Positions 38,509 through 51,553 of a stretch of 57,172 bases of DNA are shown piece by piece. The translations under genes and the position numbers were made by a program. The notes beneath the pieces are model-generated. The model ran no database searches. It was not told the DNA's origin and saw nothing but the letters and a program-made list of their open reading frames with translations. Within the stretch, counting starts at the first letter, position 1. Each line of letters opens with the position of its first letter. Origin of the DNA: Priapulus caudatus. Taxonomy: Eukaryota. The stretch spans positions 155,319 to 212,490 of the forward strand of contig NW_014577074.1 of NCBI RefSeq assembly GCF_000485595.1, in the 5' to 3' direction.

Positions 38509-39035
38509 CGCGCTCATGCACACACGCGCTCACGCACACACGTCGCACATACGCGCTCACGCACCCACGTCGCACACACGCGCTCACGCACACATGTCGC
38601 ACACACGCGCTCATGCACACACGCGCTCACGCACACACGTCGCACATACGCGCTCACGCACCCACGTCGCACACACGCGCTCACGCACACATGTCGCACA
38701 CACGCGCTCATGCACACACGCGCTCACGCACACACGTCGCACATACGCGCTCACGCACCCACGTCGCACACACGCGCTCACGCACACATGTCGCACACAC
38801 GCGCTCGCGCACACACGCGCTCACGCACACACGTCGCACATACGCGCTCACGCACCCACGTCGCACACACGCGCTCACGCACACATGTCGCACACACGCG
38901 CTCACGCACACACGCCGCATACACGCGCTCACGCACACACATGCACACACGCTCAGCACACATGCGCTCACGCACACACGTCGCACACACGCGATCACGC
39001 ACACACGCGCTCACGCACACACGTTGCGCACACAC
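38509..39035. repeat. Minisatellite of 27-bp units with 97-bp higher-order periodicity
   Basis: Units like cacatacgcgctcacgcacccacgtcg; 16+3x27 = 97; ORF coordinates shift by 97 (38514/38611/38708). Confidence 0.9.
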
Positions 39036-40541
39036 GATAAAAAAAATCGTGAGCCCCCTTAGGTCTTTGCCCCCCGCAAATCCAAAACTGCTTCCGGCGC
39101 GCCGCATCAGCATGCTGCGAGTCGTTCCGCTGAGCTGTACTGTATGCCATATCATAGCTAAAAATGTCTTGGTTATAAATTATAGTATCATCGGGAGTGA
39201 ATAATAATAGATAATCTAGTCATTATTCACTCCTGCTAACATGATGTCTGCTACACTGAATTTAAGCTTATAGGAGGTGGTTTTTTGATAGATTTTCTGA
39301 TAAAATGTGCATCCTGTGACTCACGAAATACGATATTTAAGTTTTGATGTAGCAGCTTAGATGTGCGTACACTATCTCCCAGTAAATATAAGCATGTGTA
39401 CTAAGACAAGTACATACATACACATACACGAAGTACAAGTGCATACTGTCCCACGGTAGCCTAATAATTAAAATGAACATATATGACTGCATAATGTGTA
39501 TTTATAGCGCCATCATGTTTTATGTCATGGGTGGGTGTAGGTTTATAGCAGCTATATAGCTGCCGTTGCCGTTTGCTCGGAGACATGGGGATAGGTAGCT
39601 AAAGTCCAGTCTGACGCCATCGCTGTCTGTTGCCTTTTGTGCTGTGTCTCAGTTTAATTATCTGATTTCTTTCCAGGTGCTCTAGGCAGATCTGGTAATG
39701 GCCTGGGAAGTTTAGCTTCATGTGTCACATTGCCTGCGTGTGCTTGTTTCCCACCCACATTTCGTGTACAGTTTTTTCCCGTTGCCACAATCCCAGCCAG
39801 ACAAGCAGAAAGTTGTTTTTAACGATCATATCAGATATTTGGCCAAATATCAAAAACAAGCAACCATGTTGTTTTTTGGCAGTAGCCATTTTGAATTTTT
39901 CACCTGTAAATACTGGCAGTGTTCCCTCAACAAGACCATGACCCTGAACTAAAAAGTGACTACAAGTGGTGTATATACATGCATATATACATATCACCAG
40001 GGGTTAATAATGAAAAAAATATTGACAAATAATATCAACCAATATATATGCCAAATAATATCAAGTTTATCATTATCAACCCCTGATATCATTGTGTGGT
40101 GTACAGTGAAGTGAGCGAATGATCCCTTAAACTCACTCAGTCTACCTATACTAAAAGCATTCAACATTTCAGCAGTCAATAAGGGACGACTTTTACAAAT
40201 TCTTTCTATTTTGATTTGTTTACTCATATAACCACTAATATTTTCTGTGGCAGCTTTAGAATTCATACTTCAGCAATCCATCCAAATATTATTGATCATG
40301 TGCAATTTTTTCCACGTGGAACATGGTGGAATCATAACGGATATGCAATACTGAAAAGACGTTTTTCATTGATATCAACGAGTAAGTTACAAGATAGTGA
40401 TAGCATAGCGAATAGTTAATTTTCAGGGTTATGTATGGAATACAGTTTTAAACAGCTATAGATGGTATCATTATTGTCTCGTCTGATGGCACGTTGCCAT
40501 ATGGCCACGTTCGCGGCTGAGCGTGCTCTGTCTCTCTGCAG

Positions 40542-40675
40542 GTAATGGACCGGCAGGGATCAGTCTGTCGTACCAGCTCGCAGGAAACCGGCCGTATTTC
40601 AAGGGGCGGTCGCATCACGACGACATTCTCAACCTGAAGCTGCAGGAGAAGCTGAAGGTGTCGCTGGTGGATCAG
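40542..40675 (+). CDS. OSGIN: OSGIN coding exon 2 (GNGPAGISLSYQLAGNRPYF...VSLVDQ)
   Basis: tctctctgcag acceptor; cag|gtacgt phase-0 donor; peptide resembles the recalled OSGIN motif GNGPSGICLSYLLSG. Confidence 0.92.
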
Positions 40676-40992
40676 GTACGTGGTGGCGGCGGCGGCTGCG
40701 GCGGTGGTGATGTACTTGGCGGCGGCAGAGGCAGTGGCAGCGGTGTCCTGGCATGGCGCCAGCCGACCGCGCCCCCGGCCACTGCTGGCTGGCATGCCAG
40801 GAATATCGGGCCGGGATCTGGCATCGCTCCACTGCGTGCGTAATCTTTTTGCGCGTCTCTGCCACGACTAGACTGGCGCTTTTAGAATGTTTCTGTTCTC
40901 TGCCTATGTTAAATTAGGAAAGTCTGCATCTGTGTGTGATTGTAGGTGTGTGTCTGGCTGTCTGCGTGTGTCTGCGTGTGTCTGTGTGTGTG

Positions 40993-41024
<32 letters not shown>

Positions 41025-41417
41025 TGTGTGCATGCGTGAGTGAATGTGTGTGTGTGTGTGTGTGTGTGAATGTGTGTGTATGTCTTTGTGTGTGTACCTG
41101 TGAGTGGCAACCTTTAACAATGGAGAGAATGGCCTTGACCGCATGACTAATTTAAACGCCTTCACTAAACTACCTTCCTTGTATTCATGCAAGAGGGCAA
41201 GCCTAAGAAAAATCACCATAGTCTTCCAGGGAAGATATCCATCATTTAAGGCCTAGTTTGTTGGCCCCACTGAGAAACGTTTTGTTTCAGCACTGACCCA
41301 CGTGCATAATAATTACATTAAAATGAATATAAACGGTTGTGTAAACAAGTGTTTTCGAATGTGCCCTTACCTTCTATCATGCTGATGAAAACTGTCTGAA
41401 TGTGCTGCCCCCTGTAG

Positions 41418-41609
41418 GACATCGAGTATCTCAGCGAAGGACTAGAGGGTCGCTCCAGCAATCCCGTGGCGCTCCTCTTCGACACGCTCGCGCGACCTAT
41501 GGCTGACCTTGGGCAGGACCATGAAACGCATCTAAGCTGGAAGTATGAGAGCAGCGAAGCCATACCACACGTTGTCCTCGGGAGAGGACCGCCAGGAGGA
41601 GCGTGGCAG
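41418..41609 (+). CDS. OSGIN: OSGIN coding exon 3 (DIEYLSEGLEGRSSNPVALLFDTLARP...GRGPPGGAWQ)
   Basis: cctgtag acceptor, cag|gtgagc donor, 192 nt, phase 0/0; LSEGLEGRS..PVALLFD and PGGAW are diagnostic OSGIN motifs. Confidence 0.95.
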
Positions 41610-41962
41610 GTGAGCAGCGATTGAACATGACCACGTTTAAGAAAGTCTCGAACCACCCAGCATCAAAAAAGTGTTGTTTCTTTTTCAAAAATGAATGATT
41701 TGCGATCAGTGATGAACACCTGTGTGTTTACATCTGAGAATGAGTGGTACTCATTTACGCCCTTGATTGAATTCTCGATGTGTGTATGTGAATTTCAGCT
41801 ATGTGTAGCTGTATTCCAGCAAGGTGCATCTGTTAATAAATATAAAACGACTTGCAGCATTAATGGCTACACTGCTGAATAGCAGCCGATGTCTGCTTCA
41901 TTGATTTTAACATGTACTATTGAAGCCTGGTTGTAATATTGTTTCCGTGGGGACGTTTGCAG

Positions 41963-42054
41963 ATGATGAAAGGAGAGATGCTGACGTTAAGCCTGGGTAG
42001 CTGGATGGAGCTACCCGACTGCAGCTTCAAACAGTTCCTACATAAACTACACGT
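41963..42054 (+). CDS. OSGIN: OSGIN coding exon 4 (MMKGEMLTLSLGSWMELPDCSFKQFLHKLH-V)
   Basis: tttgcag acceptor; gt|gtgagt phase-2 donor matching the acceptor at 43484; TLS.G.WM.LP motif of OSGIN. Confidence 0.9.
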
Positions 42055-42262
42055 GTGAGTATACTGCACTGCTTCATGTCTCAGCCCTGCAGGTTTCGTG
42101 ATGCTGAAATATTTTCGCTAGTTGCAAAAAGAGCTTTGCTGAACTGGTTATTACCGGTTATTTTCTCAGTGCCTGTTTACTTTGCTAGGATTAGTCACTT
42201 GAGTGATTCCATCTGAAGTCTTTCATACTCCTGGAAAAGTTCCAAATATTTGGAATGATTTC

Positions 42263-42705
42263 CAGGGCATGAAATCCAGGTCCAGAGGGCTGGTAACAAG
42301 TTTTTTACCAGCCCTCACAAATAAAAAATAAAATAAAGATGAGGCAGTTTCACTGACCATTGCTTGTCCGAAAAATTTTGTAGTGTGCGGCATTGCATAG
42401 TAGCTGTTGAACAGACTATAATACAGATCGTGAATGATGACCGAAGTGTTTTGTCAATGTCATGTTTCATGCTTGCATTCTCGATTTCATATGTGTAAAA
42501 TTTTGATAAATTATGGCATGATATCCTTCAGGTAAAACCGTAATGTAGGCTAGTATTTGCTCGTTAATGCTATAAATGAAAATGTAGGTACTTCCTAACA
42601 CAGCTGAAACCACCGGCTCGGAGGGCCGGTGTTTTGCCTATGTTACTGGCCCTCCAAATAATTTGCCAGCATGTGCCAGTGGGCCGGTGCTAATTTCGCG
42701 CCCTG
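42263..42705. mobile_element. hAT-like MITE in OSGIN intron 4
   Basis: cagggcatgaaat / atttcgcgccctg termini; gatttc on both sides; paralogue at 9545-10012. Confidence 0.7.
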
Positions 42706-43006
42706 GATTTCTAACCTTATACACACTGATACACATTCGTCTTGTATGCTAGCTTTATTTAAACTAGTTATCATTATCATTTGAACTTTATACTTCTTGG
42801 AAATTTTTTTCGAATCTTTGAAGTGATTTCGCAATAAATGCACACTGAATTACTGATACACATCAGTCTTGTTTGCTAGCAATATTTTGAACTAGTTATC
42901 ATGAGGACTGCACCACCGCGTTATGCAAATAAGACCAATGATTATTAGGGTGACAGTGCAGACGTACTATTGAGTCAGAAACATCTCCCCATATTTATCT
43001 GTCCAT

Positions 43007-43196
43007 CAGGGAAAAAAAAAAAAATTTATTTTTCGGGGGCTAGTTTTCAAGCTCGCGTGCACGAAAATAGCACTCTGAAATTTGGTTTGCATTGAACTCT
43101 ATGCAAATTTACGGGGGCTGTTTTTGGCATTTCCGGGGCTCTTTTTGGCATTTCGGGGGCTAAATCGCCCCGAGCCCCCGTGTATTTTTTTCACTG
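43007..43196. mobile_element. hAT MITE in OSGIN intron 4
   Basis: cagggaaaaaa / tttttttcactg termini; perfect 8-bp TSD ctgtccat; ggggct subterminal repeats. Confidence 0.85.
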
Positions 43197-43483
43197 CTGT
43201 CCATCCCTATTGTAATATGACTATCACATTACCAGATATGCAGAGTTTGTGACCGAGTATAATTTAAGTGTACTAACTTAATAATAGGGATCCCATGTAG
43301 CTGCGGTAGATAGAGTAGCCTTTGTCACCTGTATTTCGTAGCAGTGGCAAGTACAACATGCCAAGTTCTTGCGATCGCCACTGTATTGTAGCAGAAACGT
43401 CTGCAGCATGCAATTATCAGTGCATTATGCAGTGTCTTTCCTGTAGCGGGCTAATTTCTTACGATCGCAACTGTCTCTCGCAG

Positions 43484-44570
43484 CGCCAACAGCAGCGGCC
43501 GGCCACGCTCCGGGACGATGACGGGCATGCCGCCACCAGGGGTCGTGCCGAGCGTGAATCGCGCTTCGGTCGCCGACGTCGCCAGCTACTACCAGCACTA
43601 CGTTCGCGCAAACAAGCTCGAGCCGTTCTTCCGCGACGCGTGCACGGTCACGTCCGTCCGCAGGCTGCCCGCGAGGGGGCACCACGTGTATGACTGCGAG
43701 AGCGGCGAGCTGGAGACAGACGGCTGCTGGGAGGAGGAGAAAGGAGAGGACGAGGAGGACGAGGAGGAGGAGGGGGAGGAGCCGTTGTGGGAGGTGCGCG
43801 GCTTCGAGGACCGTGGCAGCGGCGCTGTGATGCCCTTCTGCTACCACGCCGCGAACGTGGTGCTCGCGACGGGCACGTTCGACCGGCAAAACCGGCTCGC
43901 CGTCGACGGCGAGTCGTGCGCGATCGTGCACCACTCGGTCGCCGAGCTCGGCGCGCTGCTCGCGAGCGGTGACCTCGCGCGCGACCCCAACCCCGTGCTG
44001 ATCGTCGGCGCGGGGCTGAGCGCGGCCGACGCGGTGCTGGCGGCGCTGGAGCGCGGCGTGCGCGTGCTGCACGCGTTCCGGCGCGACGCGCGCGACCGCG
44101 AACTCGTGTTCGCGCGCCTGCCGACGGCGCTCTACCCGGAGTACCACCGCGTGCACGCGATGATGCGCGGCGACGAGGCGGCGGCGGCCGGCGGCGGCTA
44201 CCGCGCGTTCGCGCGCCACCGCGTGCACAGCATCCGCGACGACGGCCGCGTCGTTCTCGCGAGCGTTGACGGCGAGATGTTCACGACGGTGCGCACGTCG
44301 CGCGTCGTCGTGCTCGTCGGCTCGGCGCCCGACCTCGCGTTCATGCCCTCCGGGGGGCGCCACCTCGGCGTGCACGCCGACCAGCCGATCGACGGCAAGC
44401 GCAACCGCTTTGATGCCGACTGCGTGACGTACGAGAGCGCGAAAGAGCGCGGCCTGTTCGCGATGGGCGCGCTCGTCGGCGACACGTTCGTCAGGTTCAT
44501 CGTAGGGGGCGCTCTCGGCATCGCGGCGACGCTCGCGCGCCGGCGAAAGCTTCTCGCCGCGGAGCGGTAG
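43484..44570 (+). CDS. OSGIN: OSGIN last coding exon (pyridine nucleotide-disulphide oxidoreductase-like C-terminal part)
   Basis: ctctcgcag acceptor in frame with ORF 43518..44570; motifs RASVADVASYY, VVLATG, VLIVGAGLSAADAV, LPTALYPEYHRVH, GLFAMGALVGDTFVRF; TAG stop. Total CDS 1575 nt = 524 aa. Confidence 0.95.
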
Positions 44571-45553
44571 CATTTAACCGATCTCTTGTTTTAGAGAGAC
44601 TACCGTCGTGCGCTTGGCGATTGTGTATACGGTTTTTCGTATTTCGGCTTTTGCACGTGTGCGTCGTGTTTCTAATTGACTGTGATAGTGGGTTTGTCGT
44701 CACCACGTAGTGCAGCTGCGGGTTAGGTGCGAAATAATATATCTAAAAAGTGCATAAATGTAAACGAAACGCAAACAGGGTGTGAGAGATGTCGTAATGC
44801 GGTTGTTTTAAATAACCGAGTTCGATCGTGTCAAAAACTGCGTAAATCCTTGAGTTGTAGTCGAGCTTGCAGAAATTTTAATTCATATCAGTTATTGTTA
44901 GTTTGCAGACATATCTCGTTGGTTAACGCACAACAGTCCCAAAGGGGCTGGACATATCATCGAGATATTATATAGGGATACAACCGTTATCAGTGTCCCT
45001 CCCTTCTGTTGATGTTTATTTCTTGATTTAAGAAAATACCTTTAAATGGTGAACTAATGTAAAGAACCAATGACCAGTTATGTTGGTTGGCCAGAGGTGT
45101 AGATATATAGATACTGAATGCACTTGCACTCATAAATTGTTTTTCTAGCACAAATTATTTTATTATGTATTGTGCTAATACTGTAAAATTATGAGTTGGA
45201 TGAGCAGGGACTAAAAATAGTGAAAATGCATATTGAAACATCAGGGAAGTCTCGAGTTAGTTGTGTCAGACAGGGTCTGAAGGCATGAAGCATACTGTGA
45301 GGAAAGGGGGAAATTGTTTCGTAAATCTGTTCGTATTTTTATAAAACATATTTTATATAGGTTCAAATTTGCAGAATTGTTGCAATTATTTGTTGAAAGG
45401 GTAGCACTGTCAATGATCAGTTGTTAATATATGGCAGTATGTAGTCACACATTTGTAGGAAGTGCCTTGAAAAGTGACATGAAAAAGCGTTAAAAAAGAA
45501 CACACGAGTATGTACAGTCATCTAAACACTCACAAATCAATGGGAATGTATGG

Positions 45554-47606
45554 TTTTTAGCGCATCTGACATAGTCAGATGCAGCTTGTAGAATCGCATG
45601 ATTGTGCGTGTGTCCGTCCGTCCGTGCGTCCGTCAACAGTTAAGCACAAATCTAAACGGCTCGACGTACGGATTCGAAAGTCGGGACGTAGGTGGGTAAT
45701 CCGAAAACGAGTTGCAGGGCGTCAAGTTCCTATTTTTCCCTATTTTTTGGGCAATTCCTATTTTCTCCTATTTTCTGGACAAATTCCTATTTTTTCCTAT
45801 TTTTGAGGGCTTTTCATTTTTCTGAATCCAGAATTGTATGTATCCTTCTCAGAATGCAGGAATTTACATTTCAGGTGACCCAATTTTCACAAAATTCCTG
45901 GGGGAGGACCCCCAGACCCCCGCCCCTTACTTTAAATTAACGTAATATACTCTTAACTATCACAGATTTTATTTCAGTAAAGTTGTTTCTCAGTTGGATG
46001 TGGTATGTGTATCCAGAGGGGGGTCCAGGGGGTCCGGACCCCCCTTTTTTACCCCAAAAAAGGGAAAACACATAGAAGATAATTTTCTGCTTAAAAGTTT
46101 GGAATTCCATCTTGCATTCTAGACATCAAAATTACTGCTCAGATGCTCTCAGAATGCACAAATTTTTAAAATTTTTCTTGGGGGAGGTCCCCCTAACCCC
46201 CCCCCCAAGTTGCAACGTGCCTTAGACACGTCGCATAAGCTGCCTTCGGCACCGTTTTATAAAAGTGCCCTTTATTTCTTACTGGACCCCCCTCTTTTTC
46301 AAAAAGCCGGATCCATCATACTATTTTGGAGTAGTCTACATGTATGGGTGTTTATGCATGTATAGCTTATCAATGTATTATGTTCAATGTAATTATGTAT
46401 GTATGTGCTTATCAATTTTAACATGCGTTTCTCATTAAAACCTCAAAATATTGTTCGCATGTGATGTAACTCCAAATATGTATATTAATAAAACCATTTG
46501 TGGTGGATCAGGATGGCTGTAGGGGTGTTGAGAGGCCATCTAATCCAATAAATATTCCTATTTAACATATATTTTCTCACCAAAATTCCTATTTTCCTCC
46601 AATTTTTTCACATCTGAAATTCCTATTTTCCTATTTTTTTGAGCGTCACTTGGCACTTGACGCCCTGGAGTTTGGATGTCGAAGCTGGGGGGTCAAAGGT
46701 CAAAGGTCAAGAGGTCTAAAAGAAGGGGAAACATTCCCTCCTTAACTTAAGGTATAGGGAAGAAATGCAGAATTGCAGCACAAATCTAAACGGCTTGACC
46801 TATGCTCGGTGTACCTATTAATATTCGGTGTATAGTGTGATGGGCAGGAAACCCATCACCAGTGCGAAATTGGAGGTCACAGGTCAAAGAGCAGTGGGGG
46901 AAAGGTCAGATATCAGACATTTTCTGAGGACATGGGCTAACGGACAGAGTGGAAAACTTTTTTGTTTCAGCGCTGACCTACCATTTTTATCACTTTATTG
47001 AAAGGACCATGAAATGTGCTTTCCACTGACATGCGAAGAGTAAGTGTCTGATAACCTTTTGACCCTCAAGAGGAGGGTTAAACATGGATTCCTGAACTGC
47101 CTCAATGATGTCACAGTGTTCTCATATTCATGGCACATCCATAATCCAGAGAGACATGATACAAGATTGCGTGGCACAGCTTTGCTGTTGATCCTAAGCG
47201 CTGCGCGCGGATTAGACGCGCAGTTCCGCGGGATATGCGCACGCGACCGCGGAGATGTTCAAGTATTTTTCTGTCTTTATCCATTTAACTATTTTTCCCC
47301 AATTAACGCAAATATTTACATGATTTATTTACAACAATGTAATAACAAATAATTTTTACAATTACTTTTTTTTTAATAGGGTTAGGGTCACAATGCACCA
47401 TAAAACAGGAGTTTCAGGAACGCGATTTGTATCAACTAATGGGATTTGGGAGGTATGCAGAATGCAGAAGGTTGCTGAAATGATGTGTACGCAACTGCGT
47501 ATCTGCATATCTGCGCCTAACAAATGTGTCACTACGCACGACTGAAACTTGACGTTCATAAACGTAGCAACACACCTCAGATGAGCCCAGTCGCTCTGCG
47601 GCTGTT
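45554..47606 (+). mobile_element. Helentron/DINE-1-like copy with nested insertions, between OSGIN and MRPS17
   Basis: tttttagcgcatctga ... tcagatgagcccagtcgctctgcggctgtt; internal homology to 3361-4410 and to rc of 31800-32416. Confidence 0.72.
45715..46667. mobile_element. hAT-like MITE nested in the Helentron-like copy; itself contains a further IR element at about 46003-46322
   Basis: 13-bp TIR cagggcgtcaagt / acttgacgccctg; interrupts the host motif aaaacgagtttgga; ttcctattt subterminal repeats. Confidence 0.8.
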
Positions 47607-48374
47607 ATTCTTGTATTGTTTAACACAAACAGTTCTAGTACAGATTTTTTTTAAGTTGGAACTGAACAGCTTTCTTTGCTTATATTATAAATAGGTATAC
47701 AAATTGTTAATATTGCGTATGCATTAAACAAAAAACATGTAACAAGCCAATGTACTCACTGTAATTCTTTAATAATTGTGAAAGCTGGGGTCATGTTACA
47801 CGGTACACCTTAATACTTAGGGAGTCTGGTATGTATAAAAATTGCAATAATAATGACGAACACTGGTACTTGAGCATTCATTTCTTGTGTTCAGGATCTG
47901 ACAAAAGCACAATCAGTTGCACAACAGCTGTATATTACAACATTTAACTTGTATCTGTTAACATGTTAAACTGTACATTACATATTTAGTATATTTACCA
48001 GATTCATGCTATCAAGAATATGAAACAATGCCAACTGAGGACTTGAGAATCGAACCAAGCCCCTATACCAGTAAGAATGACTAGACGAAACTGGCATGCA
48101 AAGTTTTTAGAATTCGTGCAGTGTGCAGAAAAATCTTTTTGTGACAACAATATATGAAGATTTTACTCTCACAGAGCTATTACCTCTGTGCCATGACCCA
48201 GTACAGAAACACAAAAATTCCCAGTTCTCATCTCTGCAGCAGCTCTTAGTAACATTTACTGTGCAATGCATAAATTTACATGTGGCCGACCGTATGGCGG
48301 TGTAACTGATCAGGCCTCTAATGTACACACTGTTTGGGGTGCAATGGTTCCCTTGAATGGCTTGAAAATCGTTG

Positions 48375-48593
48375 TTAGCTGACCTTTGTTGTTGTGCTAT
48401 GATCCAATGCTGTATTTGATGAGTCACTGTTAATCTTTCTGTTTGCTTCTTTAGATAATCCATCCATAGCAGCCCTAGATAGTTTATCCCCAATTGATAT
48501 CAAACTGATTTCTTCCTGGTGCTCCTTAAATCTGCCTGCCGCAACAGGCTTCCCAGTTATTGGGTCGGTCACCGCCCCGAGAGGATAAACAAC
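48375..48593 (-). CDS. MRPS17: MRPS17 last coding exon (VVYPLGAVTDPITGKPV...stop)
   Basis: ttgtcgcag acceptor, phase 0; G.V.DP.TGK motif of metazoan MRPS17; TAA at 48377-48375 (a possible internal donor aag|gtcagc just before the stop is not excluded). Confidence 0.88.
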   Translation of the reverse strand, partial: VVYPLGAVTDPITGKPVAAGRFKEHQEEISLISIGDKLSRAAMDGLSKEANRKINSDSSNTALDHSTTTKVS

Positions 48594-49096
48594 CTGCGAC
48601 AAAGGATGCTTACGATCGATAATTAGTTCATAATTTGAAATTAAAGCTGTGTAACCAGAATTGAGACTTCTAGTACAGCACTGGATTTCCAATGATCAAC
48701 TCCAAAGCTGTGCTAGCGCAACCTAGAGAGTCTCGCTCATGTCCCACCTAGCACTGTTAATGTAAACTGTTATTTGTCTTGCCAGCTATCTTTTACAGCA
48801 AAGCATGGTAGGCCACACCTTTATTAGCACCATGTGATAATGAATGTCTTTTTAGGGATCGTTCTGCTTAGCCGACAAGCTTTGGGAACAAATCTTGTCC
48901 AGTAATTGAGGTTTGACAGTATTCCAGCAAGTTTTAAGCCTAACAAAATCTACCCTCTTCCCCAAAATGTATCTAATAATTTATAATTAATACTAGTTTG
49001 ATCATTAATGCTATCAACTTAATGTACATACAGCAAGGTATTGGACGACTATTCTACAATTACGACTATTCCATTATTCACGACCAAATATTATAC

Positions 49097-49228
49097 CTTT
49101 TCCACAATGTGTGTCACGTCCAATGTAATACGTTCTGACAGCTGCCGTATAAGTACAACATCGCCAATTTTAATGGTGTGATCCTGGAGATTTAGGGCAG
49201 CATGATAGTCTTTCCTTTTCTTGAAGTA
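49097..49228 (-). CDS. MRPS17: MRPS17 coding exon 2 (YFKKRKDYHAA...IKIGDVVLIRQL...VTHIVEK)
   Basis: tatttcag acceptor, aag|gtataa donor, 132 nt, phase 0/0; resembles recalled human YFNKRKTYFAHD...VGDIVLLR. Confidence 0.92.
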
Positions 49229-49779
49229 CTGAAATACATGAACATGTTCATAGTGAAAATCAATTATGCACATAACTAGTGATGTCCCGATGATCGATTA
49301 TAATCGAAAATCAATCGATTATAGTCTCAAATTCGATAATCGATTATGAAAACAAATAATCGATTATCGGAAATACTAAAACAAACAAACAAACAAGGAA
49401 CTGTACTCACGATGTGTGAATTGATATGACAAGTAGAGCACAAGTCCTGCAGGGGCCGATTGTCAGAAACATTGTTAAGTTAATGCTAATGTTAATGCTA
49501 CGAGAGTAGCGTTGACAGAAACACATCGTAGCTACGAGCAAACTCACGAGAACAGGAACTTCATAATTTCATGTCACAAGGCTGCTGATTGGATGAGAAT
49601 CAATCACAAAATTCAAATTCATACACATTTATTGTACATCACAGTAATTTATGCATATTATGATGACTAACCACATATAAATAATATTTGATGAAAAATG
49701 ACGTGGTCATGAATTTATTCTGCACAACAAGACAAACTCTCGCGCTGTAACATGAGACGCGAAAGTTTTGGCAAGCACT

Positions 49780-49881
49780 AGCCTAGCTGGTCACCTCGTG
49801 AACAAGAAACGTGCACGGCTGAGTCCTAGCAATGTGGACATGATGATCTTCCTAAATCGCAACATGGACATGTATTGGTAG
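49780..49881 (+). pseudogene. hAT transposase C-terminal dimerization-domain remnant (SLAGHLVNKKRARLSPSNVDMMIFLNRN)
   Basis: Fits the hATC pattern S.AG..V..KR.RL.P.NVD..IFL..N; inside the hAT element 49277-50962. Confidence 0.85.
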
Positions 49882-50251
49882 CGAAGTAGAAGTGCATCAG
49901 TGTGTAGTCCAGAGGACACCTTCATGAATCACTGTTAACATAGGTCCTGTCTGATTGCAGAGCTGTACTAGTGTACTTATAGACAAGGACAAATTGAACA
50001 GTGTCTTTGTTTTGGTTTGACACTGTCCCACAGATGTTATCCGTAGATGAGATTCTACTCTCCGTATTGTTTGTTACATTGTGTTGGAGAGGATATTCCA
50101 TTGGCAGGACATTAACTCGGCTACACAGCCTACACTATCAGAACACAAACAACTTGCTTACTATAATAAAGAACAAGTCTTGATCATGTTTGTTTAAAAT
50201 TTTTAATGTTTTAATAAAGGCATTGTAACCATTTCTTTTTTAATTGATTAA

Positions 50252-50732
50252 AGGCTCACAATGTGCATCCAAACGCTAATTTCTACAGTACTAGACTAGA
50301 AAATACTTCGTGGCATGAATAATCACACTACCTTATGACAAAATAAACTCTAGCTCCTCCAATTTCACTGCGCGTTGTCTTATAAAAGGTATTTTGAAAA
50401 TACCTCCAATGTTGTTGAAATTCTCCGATGTTGTTGACAGTTTCCCCAATCTCCAAGCAACCGTGCAGCGGTGGCGCGGTACAGCGGTACGGGCGCAGCA
50501 AAGATAGAAACATGTGACGTCACCAAACCAAGTCGATGTTATGTTGTTTGAAACAAGTTAGCGTTGGCGCCTGATTACCTGATTTCGCACCTCTTTCTTG
50601 TTGGGAACGCGCAGTCAAATGGGAGGAACTAGAGTTTATTTTGTCATAAGGTAGTGTGATTATGCATGCCACAAAGTAGTTGCTAGTCTAGTACTGGAGA
50701 AATTTCAGCGTTTGGATGCGCATTGTGAGGCT
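50252..50732. mobile_element. Kolobok-like TTAA-specific MITE nested in the hAT element
   Basis: TTAA on both sides; ~110-bp imperfect TIRs starting AGGCTCACAATG. Confidence 0.8.
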
Positions 50733-51553
50733 TTAAATACTGTATAGGAACAGACATTGATATACATACAGCAACCTTCACAGAGTTAATACATGATCAT
50801 AAAACATGATAATATCAGGAGTGCTATGTATAATTGTATATACAAAGTAAGATTAAATTAAATCTATGCTATTATTAACCGATTATCCGATTATAATCGA
50901 TTATCGATCAGTTAAGGGAAACCGATAATCGATTATGAAATTCCACCCGATTCCCATCACTACACACAACTCACACAACTACTCTGTCGCTGCACAGTTT
51001 GTAACATCTGGTCAAAAGAGAGTTCAGTGGTCCTGGCAGTGGTTAACATGCCCACTTTTCACTTCAAAGCCTGTGCGACGCTGTTTGATGCTTCACACTT
51101 TGGCAAGGGCAGTAAATTTTACTCAAGGTGTAAAAACTCGTCACTCACTATTGTGGACTATGAACACATCAAGCAATGACTATGTGAAATAATGGGTCAA
51201 TCGCTAATAATGACGATGAAAATGCTCAGTTACCTCTAGCAGTGACCACCCTCAATGTCCGTTAAGTTTTCAGCCTGCTGTAGACTCCTAAACTGCCTAA
51301 TGTAGTACTCTCCCTCTGGGGCTAATCTAGTAATCAGACCTCAACTTTATACCTACACAGCTACATGGAGATGTACTTAACTTCCCACTATATCATGTGT
51401 AACGCACAACAAGAACATAATACATAAGATAACAGCACTATATATATATATAATTATATATATTTTATATTATAAATAAAAACACACGTGCTCGCTGGCA
51501 CTCTCGCCGCTCACACAGACACGCTCTCGCACATGCACCTGCATACACACAAG

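Larger units (their letters stand above)
49277..50962 (+). mobile_element. Internally deleted hAT transposon in MRPS17 intron 1
   Basis: TAGTGATG...CATCACTA termini; 8-bp TSD cacataac/cacacaac; subterminal ATCGAT repeats at both ends; transposase remnant. Confidence 0.88.

Noticed and set aside
38509..39035. CRISPR-like periodic array
   Set aside because: No unique spacers, eukaryotic context, no cas genes
38394..39204. Long His/Thr/Arg-rich ORFs (181-248 aa)
   Set aside because: Translations of the stop-free minisatellite
43425..44573. 382-aa antisense ORF
   Set aside because: Shadow of the GC3-rich OSGIN exon on the opposite strand; Arg/Ala-rich with no recognisable motifs
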